The position numbers and the translations under genes were made by a program. Of a DNA stretch of 64,000 nucleotides, positions 1 to 11,823 are shown piece after piece (the stretch's first letter is position 1; every line of letters starts with the position of its first letter). This DNA comes from Microthyrium microscopicum. Lineage: Eukaryota. A model generated the notes under the pieces. It was not told the DNA's origin. It ran no database searches and worked only from the letters and a program-made list of their open reading frames with translations. The stretch covers positions 96,627-160,626 of the forward strand of contig MU004230.1 of the NCBI GenBank assembly GCA_010405405.1, given 5' to 3'.

Positions 1-67
1 TTTTTCTTCCACCGAATTCAGTGAACTCACAACGCAAATTTGGTCTACCAAAGACACTTCGACAATC

Positions 68-898
68 ATGGCCACCTCGAATAAGCGAAAGCGATCTAGC
101 AAGACCGAAGAAAATGCGACTACTAGCCCGACCACAATACCTGTCCGCAGTCGCAAAATAAAATTCGGAAGCGAGTCACCTGAACCACAAGACACAGATG
201 CCAAAAAAGAGCCTACAACAGCTCTCCCAGTACACAGCCGGTCAGCAGAACAAGAAGAAGATCCATCCGACGATGATGATGCTCCGGAAGCGATCTCCCT
301 AGCCACAGGACAGGCTCAAGCGCGAGAGCTTGACGCTGGTGCTGCAAAAGCGACCAAGCAGGCAAAGGAAGATGCCAAGCGGAAGAGAAGGAAGCGGGAC
401 GAACAACTGAAGGAACAGTCGAAGAAACGGAAGCCTGCGAAGGTCGCCAAAGAACAAGACGAGGATAGTGAGTCAGACAAAGAAGAGGAGGAAGGTTCTG
501 ATGCGACCAGTGATGGAGAACTTAATGCGAGATATCTACCCGCGGAGTTGCTCGATGCCATACCGGATGTGAGACCGCCAACTCCCGAGCTGGACGAGAA
601 ACGACCGACCAAACGATCAAAGAAGAGCAAGCTGTTTTCATACAATAAGAAAGGGATTATCAAATTTGCTTCTGAGGCAGAGCCAAAGGACCTGAAAGTC
701 GGTTCAATCAGCGTGAGCGTACTGAAGAAACAAAATGCGCTGCTACCACCAAACTCGGGGTCAAATACTGCACACATCAAGCAGACTTGGCTCAAAGGCA
801 GAGCCACTCTCCCGGTTAGCCAGAAGCAAGCGAAGATTAGGAAAATCAAGTCGGGTAGAACTGTGCGCAGACCATTTGGGCGGGCAGCATTTACTTGA
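68..898 (+). CDS. Highly charged nucleolar protein, probable U3 snoRNA-associated (Bud21/Utp16-like) SSU processome factor
   Basis: Intronless 276-aa ORF; 'SDDDDAPEAIS' motif, K/R-rich coiled coil, 'YLPAELL' motif and basic C-terminus resemble the fungal U3_snoRNA_assoc family. Family assignment from motif memory only. Confidence 0.5.
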   Translation: MATSNKRKRSSKTEENATTSPTTIPVRSRKIKFGSESPEPQDTDAKKEPTTALPVHSRSAEQEEDPSDDDDAPEAISLATGQAQARELDAGAAKATKQAKEDAKRKRRKRDEQLKEQSKKRKPAKVAKEQDEDSESDKEEEEGSDATSDGELNARYLPAELLDAIPDVRPPTPELDEKRPTKRSKKSKLFSYNKKGIIKFASEAEPKDLKVGSISVSVLKKQNALLPPNSGSNTAHIKQTWLKGRATLPVSQKQAKIRKIKSGRTVRRPFGRAAFT

Positions 899-1277
899 TT
901 CGATTAAAAAGTAGAACATGTCAATGATACCCATTAAATAATGAGCGACCTTGATGAACTGCAATGTCATGCCAGAGCTAATATTGTACTATCAATTATT
1001 ATAGTACAAGAGGAATTTTTCCTCCTTAATGCTTTTGTCTAGAAATCAAAACGCCGAGACCATGCAAAGTTGAGCCTTCCAAACGCCTAGCAGTGATCCT
1101 AACTCCAGGAAAGAGAAATTTTGCACTGTCAAGAACTCTCCTGTGGTTGGAGTGTCAATTCTTCTTGGACGCTTGAGACCGCAATAATTCTTGAGACCGC
1201 AAGTAGGCTGCTTTGTGCACGGGACAAATCCCTTTCAAATGCTCGCCAGATGGACATATACAACTTCCGCGATCACT

Positions 1278-1983
1278 CTATGCCGCATTCTGGTTGACTG
1301 CCGTGAAGCCTGCACTATAGGACTCGGCAGGAGTGTCTTCCATTGGAACGTCCTCTTCAAGAGCATTTAGATCCTCCGTGCTGTTAACATAAGCCTCCTT
1401 CGGTGTCGTCGATTGTTGACCAGCAGCTATAAACCCCATTAGCAAAACCATCCCACATTTACCAATCGCACCAAAACCTACCAAGACCACTAGCAGCCGG
1501 GCTAGTCATCAACGCACTCGGCCCATCCGTCGGCGGCGTGCCCCCCTTCGTCTTGCGCTTCAAGCGCGTCGGCTTCTCCTGCGGCTGTTGCAAGTCGTCA
1601 GCACCACCTTGACTACCACCACCAGGCAATCCGCGTTGGGGCGTGGAGCGTACCGTAGGCGGCGGACTATCACTCTTGTCTGAGAGGGCAGATTTGCCTG
1701 CGACGCCGCGCTTGACCATGTCGATGAGGAGGGCGCGCTCGAGGCGCAGTTTTTGCACGTCGCGATTCACGCGCTCGAGGTTGGAGCGGCGCTTGTCGTT
1801 GTTGTGCTCGATTTCGTCGATGCGGCGCTTTATTTCGATGGATTTCTTGTAGTAGGCGCCTTCGATGGAGGGGGGGAGGTTGGAGTTGGAGACGCCGCGC
1901 ATTACGCGCTCTGGGAGATGTTAGTGGTGAGCGGAGTTGGAGGAAGCGAGTACAGTAGTACCATTGTCTTTGGTTTGAGGCAT
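1278..1983 (-). CDS. INO80-complex-associated Nhp10-like coiled-coil protein (4 exons, no HMG box visible)
   Basis: ATG at 1983 (MPQTKDNE after splicing GTACTA...CTAAC...CAG); 'LPPSIEGAYYKKSIEIKRRIDEIE...KLRLERALL', 'SPPPTPQEKP' and C-terminal 'GFTAVN' resemble filamentous-fungal Nhp10-like proteins; two further GT-AG introns near 1653-1585 and 1482-1427. Confidence 0.6.
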
Positions 1984-2665
1984 CGTGATGAACGGAGTTA
2001 TTTCGAGGACGGCGGGTATGATGGCTGGCGGAAGGTGGTGGAGGAAGAATGGGATTAGATTTACAAAACAGCCTCGCGGATTAACATTTCAAGTGCTGAA
2101 AGTTCCATGTGCAGTTCTCACTTGCGATCCTTGGGAGCTACTCTATAAGTTGACCATGGCCCGTGCATTTTGGTGTTGTAACTTCCTCTCCAACTTCAAA
2201 TGCTTCAGCCTCCCAGTACTTCACTATTACATCATAATCCTGCATGAACGTCCTTTATGCCAAATTCTTATTCACGAGCTTGGTGGGTGCTGCGGGCTCA
2301 CCCGTCCCACCGGGCCCAGGAAAAGCCGGGATACTAGCGGATGAATCACATTGTTTTTTCCTTCACGAGGACCAGATATATCTCAAGAACCAGGTTGGCA
2401 GATCGAGATTTGTATCATCAACAGGCCATACCAATCTGCCCTGTGTATATAGACTTTTAACGATGACCTCACCTGTCCCAAGAACAACGACTCAGAGTAT
2501 CAAAAAAGCTTCGCCAGCATTAGAATCATAAAAACATAACTTCATGTAGCAATTGGTGTATCGAATCTTGTTACGATCTTCAACAAGTTGCAGAAGATGT
2601 AGACCTCACTTTTAAATAAGTGTGAGAACTTGATTTGCCATCCTAACAGCTAACTACGAGACTGC

Positions 2666-4075
2666 TCATATCGAAACGGCATATTGGAACTTTGCGATCG
2701 CCATACCCTCAGCTTCCTCACCTCCCTCAACTGAAGCCGGCCGTCTGTATCTCATTAGTATTCCATAGTAAGCGAACGAAGACGATGAAAACTTACAGCT
2801 TGTGCTGGGTTAAGTCATACTCTGACTCAAGTCTCATCTTATCACCCTTTGTAAGCTTGATAGGCTTACTGCACGGCTCATAAGAGACAATCGTCTCCCA
2901 CTCCACGCCATTCACACTGGCACCGCTTTTGCCGTAAATGGCCTTGGAGTTGCAGACCACTTCATTATTCAAGAACAACTTCAAGTTTATGGCACCGTCG
3001 TGCAAATGGGGCATAACGCTGATGATCCAGCCATCTTTCGACACGATAGAGTCGCCTGATTTGTATGTAACGGATCGATCCTTTGGTGGGTCTAAGGAGT
3101 ATTAGTAACTGCTATGTTTGTTACATCGTCGTCGACTCACAAAGGGCCAATGTTCCACATTGAAGATATTGAAGAGCGCTAATTCCAGTCTCCAAATACT
3201 CAGCCGGCCGCGACTCCATAGGCAGATACTCAACATCGATAGTAATGTATACATCCTGCGTCTTACTATCATAGTTAATAAGTTCAGCAGTAGCAGCAAT
3301 TTTATCATCCTTTCCAATCCAGTAACCACTTTTTAGCGCAGTACTGTTGATGGGCGCAAAGATAGTCGCATCTCCCTCATTACCCTGCCCAATGAAGATG
3401 GAGAATTTGCTATTAGCCGGTACTGCTGGCTTAGCCTGCGGACTTCTTCGTCCATGGGAATGACCAGAACCTGCACCGCCCATCATACCACCCATCATAC
3501 CACCAGCCGCATCACCGCCCTTTGGCTTCTGGCCATCAGGACACGAATTGGTGGCGCCGTTGACTGGTGAGCGCGTGATCGGTTTATCGCCAAAGTTGGC
3601 AACGATTACATGGTGAGTGTAGATTTTGCTAGCCAAATCAAGTCTCTTTCCCTCCTTATCAGTAACCTCTGCAGCACCTTTGAGCACCATGCAGTTGGTA
3701 CATAGACCAGTGACGATATCTTCCAGGACATCGCTTTGGGCGTCCAGCTTTAGGCCGGTTTGTGTGTGCTTGCTTGTTGATGGCTGGAGAGGGAAGGGAC
3801 CCCAAATGACTTTTTGGCGCTTGGCGTTGGGGAATACTGCTGGCTTGAGATCTTGTTTTGAGAAGGGAGAGCGGGTTGTTGTTTTGCTTTTGGCGTTTGC
3901 TATGAATGAGGCCATTCCTGTGCCTAGATTCATCATTTGGCGCTTCTCTAAGAGGTTCTTAGCCAAAAAGCATTAGAGCTCGTTCTGTGAATGCAAACAT
4001 ACCCAAATGAGCGGCGGTGTCAATCACTGCCGCATGGGCAACGACAGCCGTTGAAAGGACCGCTGCGAGCTTCAT
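2666..4075 (-). CDS. Secreted uncharacterised protein with PHM/DBH-like copper monooxygenase motif arrangement (4 exons)
   Basis: Spliced N-terminus MKLAAVLSTAVVAHAAVIDTAAHLEKR (signal peptide + Kex2 site); motifs YTHHVIV, PHLHDG, GDKMRLESEYD, and last exon RPASVEGGEEAEGMAIAKFQYAVSI*; three canonical GT-AG introns. Confidence 0.75.
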
Positions 4076-5006
4076 TTTTTATTTTCTATTGGATATGACG
4101 CTGATACTCGATCTCTAGCTATCCTTCGACGCTGGAAGTGCTTACTTGTTATATTTGAAGGCAGAAGCGAAGTTGTTGTGAATGCATATTACCTAGTCGA
4201 GGGCTATATTAGATCGCTTCGTCTTGCCACTAGATGTGCCTGTTTTACCTATATTTTATATTGCTTTAGCGAATGTGACAGCTTAATAGCAACTAGGGTA
4301 TCTCGCCCATCTTGTTTTTTAGACATTTCGAAGGATCCAAGCTTCGCTTGCCAACCGAATCGACTACTTGAACGAGAAATATGAGTCACTGTACTATCGT
4401 CTAGTGTTCATTTGAACGGCTCCACGGAATTCTCAGTGCAGATATCATTCAAGTCTGAAATGCTCTGAAATGCGCAGTGACTGTCATTGAAATCGAGTGG
4501 ATGTCAACAGGTTGTGTAAGCGATGTCAAAGGGCATTTGCCTACTATAAGGAATGCTCGCTAAAGACTCGGTCCGTGATCTTCATGGACCATCGAGCCAG
4601 ATTCCCAGGTACCCGGGGAAAGTGACAGGGAATATCTAGAAGGTTAGTATATTTCGATAACCGAACAGGTTAGAATGCTGGATCGAACTTCGCTTGTAAC
4701 AAACGATACGGAACTTGCCGTTTGCTAACGTTAGCGCTGCTGTGCACATCAAAGACAAAACGAAAAAGATCATGAAAGAGATTATGGAGACGTCATTTGA
4801 AGTTGAAAGCTCGTGAATACTTTGGGGTGATTGTTTGGTGATCTTCATTATTAAGTAGGTCATACTCATGACCCGCAGAACCATTCCAGGCTTTCTAGGA
4901 TCGTTTCGCTCTTTTCGATAGCCCAAACATTCATGTGCCTCCTGCTTTGGCATTTGCTAGCCTGATCAAGTGCCAGTCACTTGTTGTTTCTTAACTTGGG
5001 ATCGTA

Positions 5007-7048
5007 CTATTGCCAGGACCTCGAATTGGTTTTACGCATTTCTTCCTGGCTCGGTAGCGGTCCTCTTCGTCTGATACCATTCGAATCTCCATCCATAACA
5101 GGTGGTGGTGCCGGCATTCCCATCATGCCAGGCATTCCGGGCATACCTGGCATACCCGGTATTCCAGGAAATCCAGGCGGTGGAGGTGGTGGTCCTCCTA
5201 GCGCGCCAGGCGGAGGCGGAAGAAAGCCAGGAGGCATTGGCATGCCGTTAGGTGGAGGCGGTGGTAATGCACCGCCAAACATCTGCTTTAGTCGTTCCGG
5301 ATTGGTATTCTCAAAGAAAGACTTGAGCTGTGCGGGATCCATAGGTGGAAATCCGGCAGGCATTCCAGGCATTCCAGGCATCTGAGGGGGAATTGGTGGA
5401 AAACCTGGCTGGCCTCCATTTGGAATTGGAGGCGGCGGAAATCCTTGGGCTGGTGCGAGACCTGGTAAGCCTGGTTGGCCGATTCCAGGTAGCATTATGC
5501 CAGGCAGTCCACTCGCTGGGGCAGCAAGTTGCTCCGTTAGACCATCTTCTTCATCTTCGGCTTCTTGTTCTTCTGCTTCTCGTTGCTGTCGTCTGTCATG
5601 TTTGCTATATGTTCCCTTTTCTTCCGCCGCTTGTTGTCCAATGTGGAATCTGTCATTAAGATAACTCGTTTCACCTGGTCGTGCTCTTGTCCAGAATCTT
5701 GTGACCTTGTCGTTAGCTCCTGAAGCGAGAATGTGTCCCAGCGGGTGCCATGACATTGACCAGATAGGACCTGTAGCGTCATGGCCATGTAAAACGGAAT
5801 GAGCAGGAAATATTGTCTGAGCAGGAGCATTGGATGGATCGGAAGAGTCGTATGGAGAAAGAGAATATCCAATGCCTGGGGGAGGATTTTGTTCGTCAAG
5901 TAGATAATGATGTATGGCTCCAGAATGACCTCCTGACGAGAGAAGATTGCGATGTATAGGATGCCAAGCCAAGGATGTGATTTCGTTTTCATGGCCTCGT
6001 AATAGAAATACGTCTTTCATCATTCGTAAATCAAATATTCTAATGATCTGATCGCGACCGGCGGTGGCTAGCAACAAGCCCTGCGTCTTTTCAAACAGCG
6101 TTCTCGATACCTGATTTTTACTTGAGCTTAGTGTTGTTAGGCATCTTCCATTTCTAGGATCCCAGAGTTTGACAGAGTGATCTTTGGAACCCGAGACAAT
6201 GAGACCTTTAGAAGGATGCCAATCTAAACTTCTTATTTCCCATTGATGGCCAGTCAATGTAGATTCTTCGACGCCACTAGCGAAATCCCATATTTTGATG
6301 GCAGAATCATCAGCTGCGGATGCAAACTTGGAGTCGGACGGAGAAAAGACAAGCCCACGAATCGTTTCGTTATGTGCTTGTATTTCTTTGACGTTGTTGA
6401 AATTTGGTTGCCAGTATTTGATGACTCCATCCTGATCGGCAGATATTAGCCATTCTTCACTATGAGAGTAACAAGCAGCGCGAATGGCGTGCTCATGAGC
6501 CTATTATAGATTAGTCCAAAGCTTTCCAACAGCAACAAAGCCAGTCTAACCTGCATAATAAGCTCGAAATTGAACGACATGCCATTCCACAAGGTGAACT
6601 CCCCACTTGAAGACGCCGTGAGAAGCCGTCTTCCTTCTGGAGTCCATATAACAACGTTTACTGGCCATCGCGCTTTGTTTAGGGAGGAATGTAGGTGTTT
6701 GACGGGAAGGGAATCGGCGGCGCATTGAGGACGGGCTAGGGGTGGAAGCATCTGTAGACGTTAGAGACTATTGGCAAATGATGCTCAAGGGTATGTTTAC
6801 GTCAATGATATAACTCGCGCTGGGTCTCTCGACCTCGACAAGACTGGCGAGCTTGTCGCGCGGTTTGCGATATTGCATCCATCTTGCCAAAGTGGAGCCA
6901 TAGTCAGTTGTTGGTCCTGCGCGGTGTTGTTAGACTGGACTTGATTGTATACGAATGCTAGCATACTTCTGAGCTTCGGTCTGTTTGGATCATAGTTGGC
7001 AGGTATGTATTGATGCTGGTAAGGTGAAGCTTGATATTCGCGATCCAT
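5007..7048 (-). CDS. PFS2: Polyadenylation factor I subunit 2 (WDR33/Pfs2), WD40 repeats with Pro/Gly/Met-rich tail
   Basis: '[28 protein letters not shown]', '[23 protein letters not shown]', '[22 protein letters not shown]' are typical of Pfs2; three 5' introns. Confidence 0.93.
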
Positions 7049-8066
7049 TTCGAATTACTGCTCAGAAAAAGGTTGGGCGTGTCAGATATCTTGAGGCGCG
7101 TTCATGGCGGGACGCGCTTCCAATGGCAGTCGCTTTTGCCTGATGCAGCGTCAACTCGAGCGGGATTGTTGATATCGAAGAACACGTGGGAGGGATTTAG
7201 ATGGTAGACGGGCAGATGGGACAATGATGGGATAGATTTGGTTGGTGGAGAAGAAGAGAGGTCGAGAAGGCGAATGCAGGTTGGACAGATGAGGTTACTG
7301 TATGCGATGTCTGCAGGTATCGCCTTGGACCATCAACCGTTGAACAATCTTTTCCCCGGTCACTAATTGTCGATAGAGTCTAGATATGCATGATGCACAT
7401 CAATTGCGGCACAAAATCCTGTCTTCTCAAAAACGGTCGAGTAGTCTCCTCTTTCCCAATTCCCATCTACATCTTGATCCTGCAGCAACCACAATCGGTC
7501 CTCTCATATGGCTCTTTCTCTCTCACAGCGATGACCACTTCCTCCCCCATAACTTCAAGATCTATTCCAAGATCTAATACACAAGTCACCGATAAGCTTT
7601 TGACGCGTTTGACCTTCAGCCACAGATAGCAATACGGTACTTCAATTCCAATTGCCCAGTCCAACACCATTTTCAAACCTCCGCCACTTACGCAGCTAAT
7701 CCTGGGCTTTGAGCTGCTTGCAAACTTAGATATCCTCGACCTCCCGCTTATCCGCGCCTAGCTTTGCGCTCCAATCCTTTACATTATTGCTGCTTCGTCT
7801 TCCTATTTTGCCCGGGTTACCCGTGAGAGCTCCATTAGTTGCCTGCTAGACAGCAGCTTGCCTGCTTAGCCTCCCGCTTCTTCAGCTCATACCCTTGCTT
7901 GTGAAATCTGCAATATCAATCCATTGAGTCTTGACCAAAGCTCGACACTTCATCCACTTAACCCCACCCTGGCCACTTACACCATACACATTCCTTGACT
8001 TTCCCTCTTGCCTATTCAGCTGGTACAAGATCACGAAATCACATAGGCAGAAAGCCGAAAGCCTAG

Positions 8067-9723
8067 ATGGCTTCTCGAATTGACACCGGTCTCTCTACTG
8101 CAACAAAGCTTCCAGCCGAACCTTCCCTTACCTCACGAAACCAATCTACGAAGTCGTCCACTCCCTCTACACAATCGCCTACGAAAGCACCACAAAAAAA
8201 GCACAATCATGCGTCCGCGATACACAAGGTGGCCAAGGTTTCCCCTCTCAGTTATGATGCGCCTGTAGTGCCTAGTTTCTTTGGGTTTCAAAACCTTATG
8301 GCCTTGATGTTGAGTACGAATACATTGCTGATTGCAACTTGAGAATGGAGGCTTACAAGTCATAGTTGTCTCGAATCTACGGTTGATGATTGAGAATTCA
8401 CGCAAGGTTTGACATGTCCTCAATTATCTAGACTTTGACTAATTGTCATTCAGTACGGATTCCGCATATGCCTTTCATGTCACGAGATAAGTCGAGAAGA
8501 CCTTGTACTTGGCTCGATACTGTACTTCTCAGTACCGTTCCATCTTCTTGTTGCCTATATTATCGAGCTAGTCGCTGCTCAACAAGCTAAATCGTCACTG
8601 GCTCGACTTCAGACACGCCCAAATGGAAATGGGCACGTCAAGTCGACGCACGAAGCACAGCAGAAGACCTTCCAGGTGACTTGGTACATCATTGCATTTG
8701 CGCACGCAGTCAATGCCACCCTCAATCTGGCGATATCGACCTGGTGCGTGTACTATCATATCTTTCATCCTGCAATCGGGGCGGCTGTCGAGCTCCACGC
8801 CACCATTACCTGGCTCAAAGTATGCTCATATGCGTTTGCAAACCGAGATCTCCGCCATGCACTGTTGTATCCTGAATTGGACGCGGGTCTTCCAGATCTT
8901 TACGCCTCTTGTCCATATCCCGAGAATATCACCTTGGGCAATCTCTGCTATTTTTGGTGGGCACCTACTCTGGTTTACCAGCCCGTCTACCCACGAACAT
9001 CACGCATTCGTCGTACCTATGTCATCAAGCGAGCAGGCGAGCTTGTCGGTCTCTCTGTTGTGATCTGGCTGGTCATCGTGCAATACGCCTCCCCGCTACT
9101 TCATAATTCCATGGAACACATGCACAAGATGGACATGATATCGATCATGGAGCGTGTCCTCAAACTTTCCACCATCTCACTTTTCTGCTGGCTTTGTGGG
9201 TTCTACGCTCTGTTCCACAGTTTTCTTAACCTGTTGGCTGAAGTGATGCGTTTTGCTGATCGGGAATTCTACTCTGATTGGTGGAATGTGTCTACGGTTC
9301 GCGAATACTGGACTTCGTGGAACAAACCAGTATATGCATTCATGAAAAGACATATATATTCGCCCCTGGTTGGGCGGGGAGTATCACCACGAATGGCGCA
9401 GCTTTTGACGTTTATCTTTAGCGGAGTTCTGCACGAGCTCCTCATCGGTATTCCCACACACAATATTATTGGTATGTTCTTTTGGAAAGCACAGCCGTTG
9501 AAGTGGATTCTAACTATTGTCAGGTGCCGCTTTTGCAGCGATGATTGGACAGGTTCCTTTTATTCTTATTACTGATCCATTTGGCAAGTCCTCAAGCTAC
9601 GCATATCGTGTCACTGGAAATGCCATGTTCTGGCTTTTCTTTTGCATATTTGGGCAGCCTATTGCGGCTATGGTCTATTTCTTTTCGTGGCAAAAGCAAT
9701 ACGGGCAATGGAAGGATAAATGA
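8067..9723 (+). CDS. MBOAT family diacylglycerol/sterol O-acyltransferase (DGAT1/ARE type)
   Basis: 'NLCYFWWAPTLVYQPVYPRT', 'FYSDWWN', 'WNKPVYAFMKRHIYSP', active-site 'LHE', C-terminal 'GNAMFWLFFCIFGQP'; several introns. Confidence 0.92.
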
Positions 9724-10127
9724 GGAGTTGTACATTGATTCATGAACCGGCTGGCAGAGATGCTTCAAGCAACAAAAGAATAGTTTAGTAATTAATGACT
9801 TGGGAAAGACTCCCCGCAGTACTTCATGACATATCCAGACAGTAAGACTAGATGCACCTTGACTTCATAGTTGCTCAAACATATAGTTGAGCTTGTAAGT
9901 TGTTCAAAAACTGCATGTGAGTTGCGCTCAGCCTGATGATTTCGCATCCAATGAAAACGGGCGAGGCTAGCTTTTGGACGCCTTACCGTAATCAGTTTAG
10001 CTCCAGTCCCGCCTGCTGCCAAGCCCACACGGCTTCTCCCAAAATCATGAACACCAAAAGTCTACATTCACGGCTCAACATCGCGCTCTGATACCTGTTG
10101 CTTCCCGATTCGCGAAAGCTACAAATC

Positions 10128-11376
10128 ATGTCAGAGCATCTCGTTCTCCGAGGCACCCTCGAGGGCCACAATGGCTGGGTAACCTCCCTGGCCACGTCCA
10201 TGGAGAAGTAAGTACATCCGTCAAATTTCCAATGACCTCGTTCTAACTGCTGTTATAGCCCAAACATGCTCCTCTCCGCCAGCCGCGACAAGACGCTCAT
10301 CATTTGGAACCTCACACGCGACGAAACCTCGTACGGTTATCCAAAGCGCAGCCTTCACGGCCACTCGCACATCGTCTCCGACTGCGTACGTCCTTCGTTT
10401 ACCAACTCGAAAATTCAATGGGGGATTAATATTTGAACAGGTCATCTCATCCGATGGTGCCTACGCCCTGTCTTCCTCCTGGGACAAGACTCTTCGCCTC
10501 TGGGAGCTCTCAACCGGAGCTACCACCCGTCGCTTTGTCGGACACACCAACGACGTCCTCTCCGTCTCTTTCTCCGCCGACAACCGCCAAATCGTTTCTG
10601 GATCTCGCGATCGAACAATCAAGCTCTGGAACACTCTTGGTGACTGCAAGTACACCATCACCGACAAGGGCCACACCGAGTGGGTCTCTTGCGTTCGTTT
10701 CAGCCCCAACCCTCAGAACCCTGTCATTGTTAGCTCTGGTTGGGACAAAATCGTGAAGGTGAGTCGATATTTTGCTGCGAGAAAAATGGGATCATATGAT
10801 GCTTTTACCCAACAGTATTTGCTACTTCAGATGCCGCAAGGCTATGAGAACAACATTCACCGGTGTACTGATACAATTACCCATTTTATGCTTTCAACAA
10901 GCATATTCATCAAGCGCGCTCTAAAGATAACAAGCTAACGCTGGATATAGGTCTGGGAACTTTCCACCTGCAAGATCCAAACTGATCACATCGGTCACAC
11001 TGGATACATCAACACCGTCACTATCTCCCCCGATGGTTCACTATGTGCTTCAGGAGGAAAGGATGGCACCACCATGCTTTGGGACTTGAACGAGTCGAAA
11101 CACTTGTACTCTCTCAACGCTGGTGACGAGATTCACGCTCTCGTTTTCTCGCCAAACCGCTACTGGTTGTGCGCCGCCACCGCTAGCAGCATCATCATCT
11201 TCGATCTTGAGAAGAAGAGCAAGGTTGACGAGCTCAAGCCAGAGTACATGGATATGGGCAAGAAGAGCCGTGAGCCAGAGTGCGTCAGCTTGGCTTGGAG
11301 CGCGGATGGTCAGACTCTCTTTGCTGGCTACACAGACAACAAGATCCGTGCTTGGGGTGTCATGTCGAGAGGTTAG
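10128..11376 (+). CDS. RACK1: G-beta-like 40S ribosome-associated WD40 protein RACK1 (Asc1/CpcB/Cpc-2)
   Basis: Spliced sequence [24 protein letters not shown]...[35 protein letters not shown]...[26 protein letters not shown]; three introns, the third (10759-10950) long. Confidence 0.97.
10791..10872 (+). ncRNA. U24: Intronic box C/D snoRNA U24 (snR24) homologue
   Basis: In RACK1 intron 3: box C ATGATG (10796-10801), guide TATTTGCTACT (10816-10826; complementary to LSU rRNA AGUAGCAAAUA), D' CAGA (10828-10831), GCC-GCAA-GGC hairpin, C' ATGAGAA (10844-10850), box D CTGA (10868-10871), short terminal stem ATCA/TGAT. Yeast U24 lies in the ASC1 intron and has the same UAUUUGCUACUUCAGA segment. 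Confidence 0.88.
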
Positions 11377-11823
11377 AAAAGTTTATCCTAGAACAGGTTC
11401 TTTTCTCATCCTTTCTTGGTGGAGTATTGTACTTTGGACGATTGATGCTTATATGAGCGGGATGAAACTGCAAAATCCTGCGGTTGCATGGCTTGGGCAT
11501 GTGTATCTAGGCGTCCTGAGAGGCAAATGAAAAACTAAGATGCATTCCAAAATCTAATAGTCGTCCCAATTCTGTTCTCAAAGTGATCAAGTGAAGAGAA
11601 CGTTTTGTACTGCTAGAAATCCTCTGATTACTTTGTCGTTGAACCGAAGGAACGTGAAGCCGAGGCTGGCCGAGGGCATACCAATGAGCGTCTACGGAGT
11701 CTCACCTTGCATCAACCACATCCTCATTTCAAAAAATCAAACTTGGCTGTAAATTAGATTCCGTTAATTCATTCAAGAGCAAAGGAATATTTCGGTTTAG
11801 AAGAACGGTCTTATCAATCCAAG

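Noticed and set aside
7183..7188. Single CACGTG E-box in the PFS2/MBOAT divergent promoter
   Set aside because: An isolated hexamer is expected by chance.
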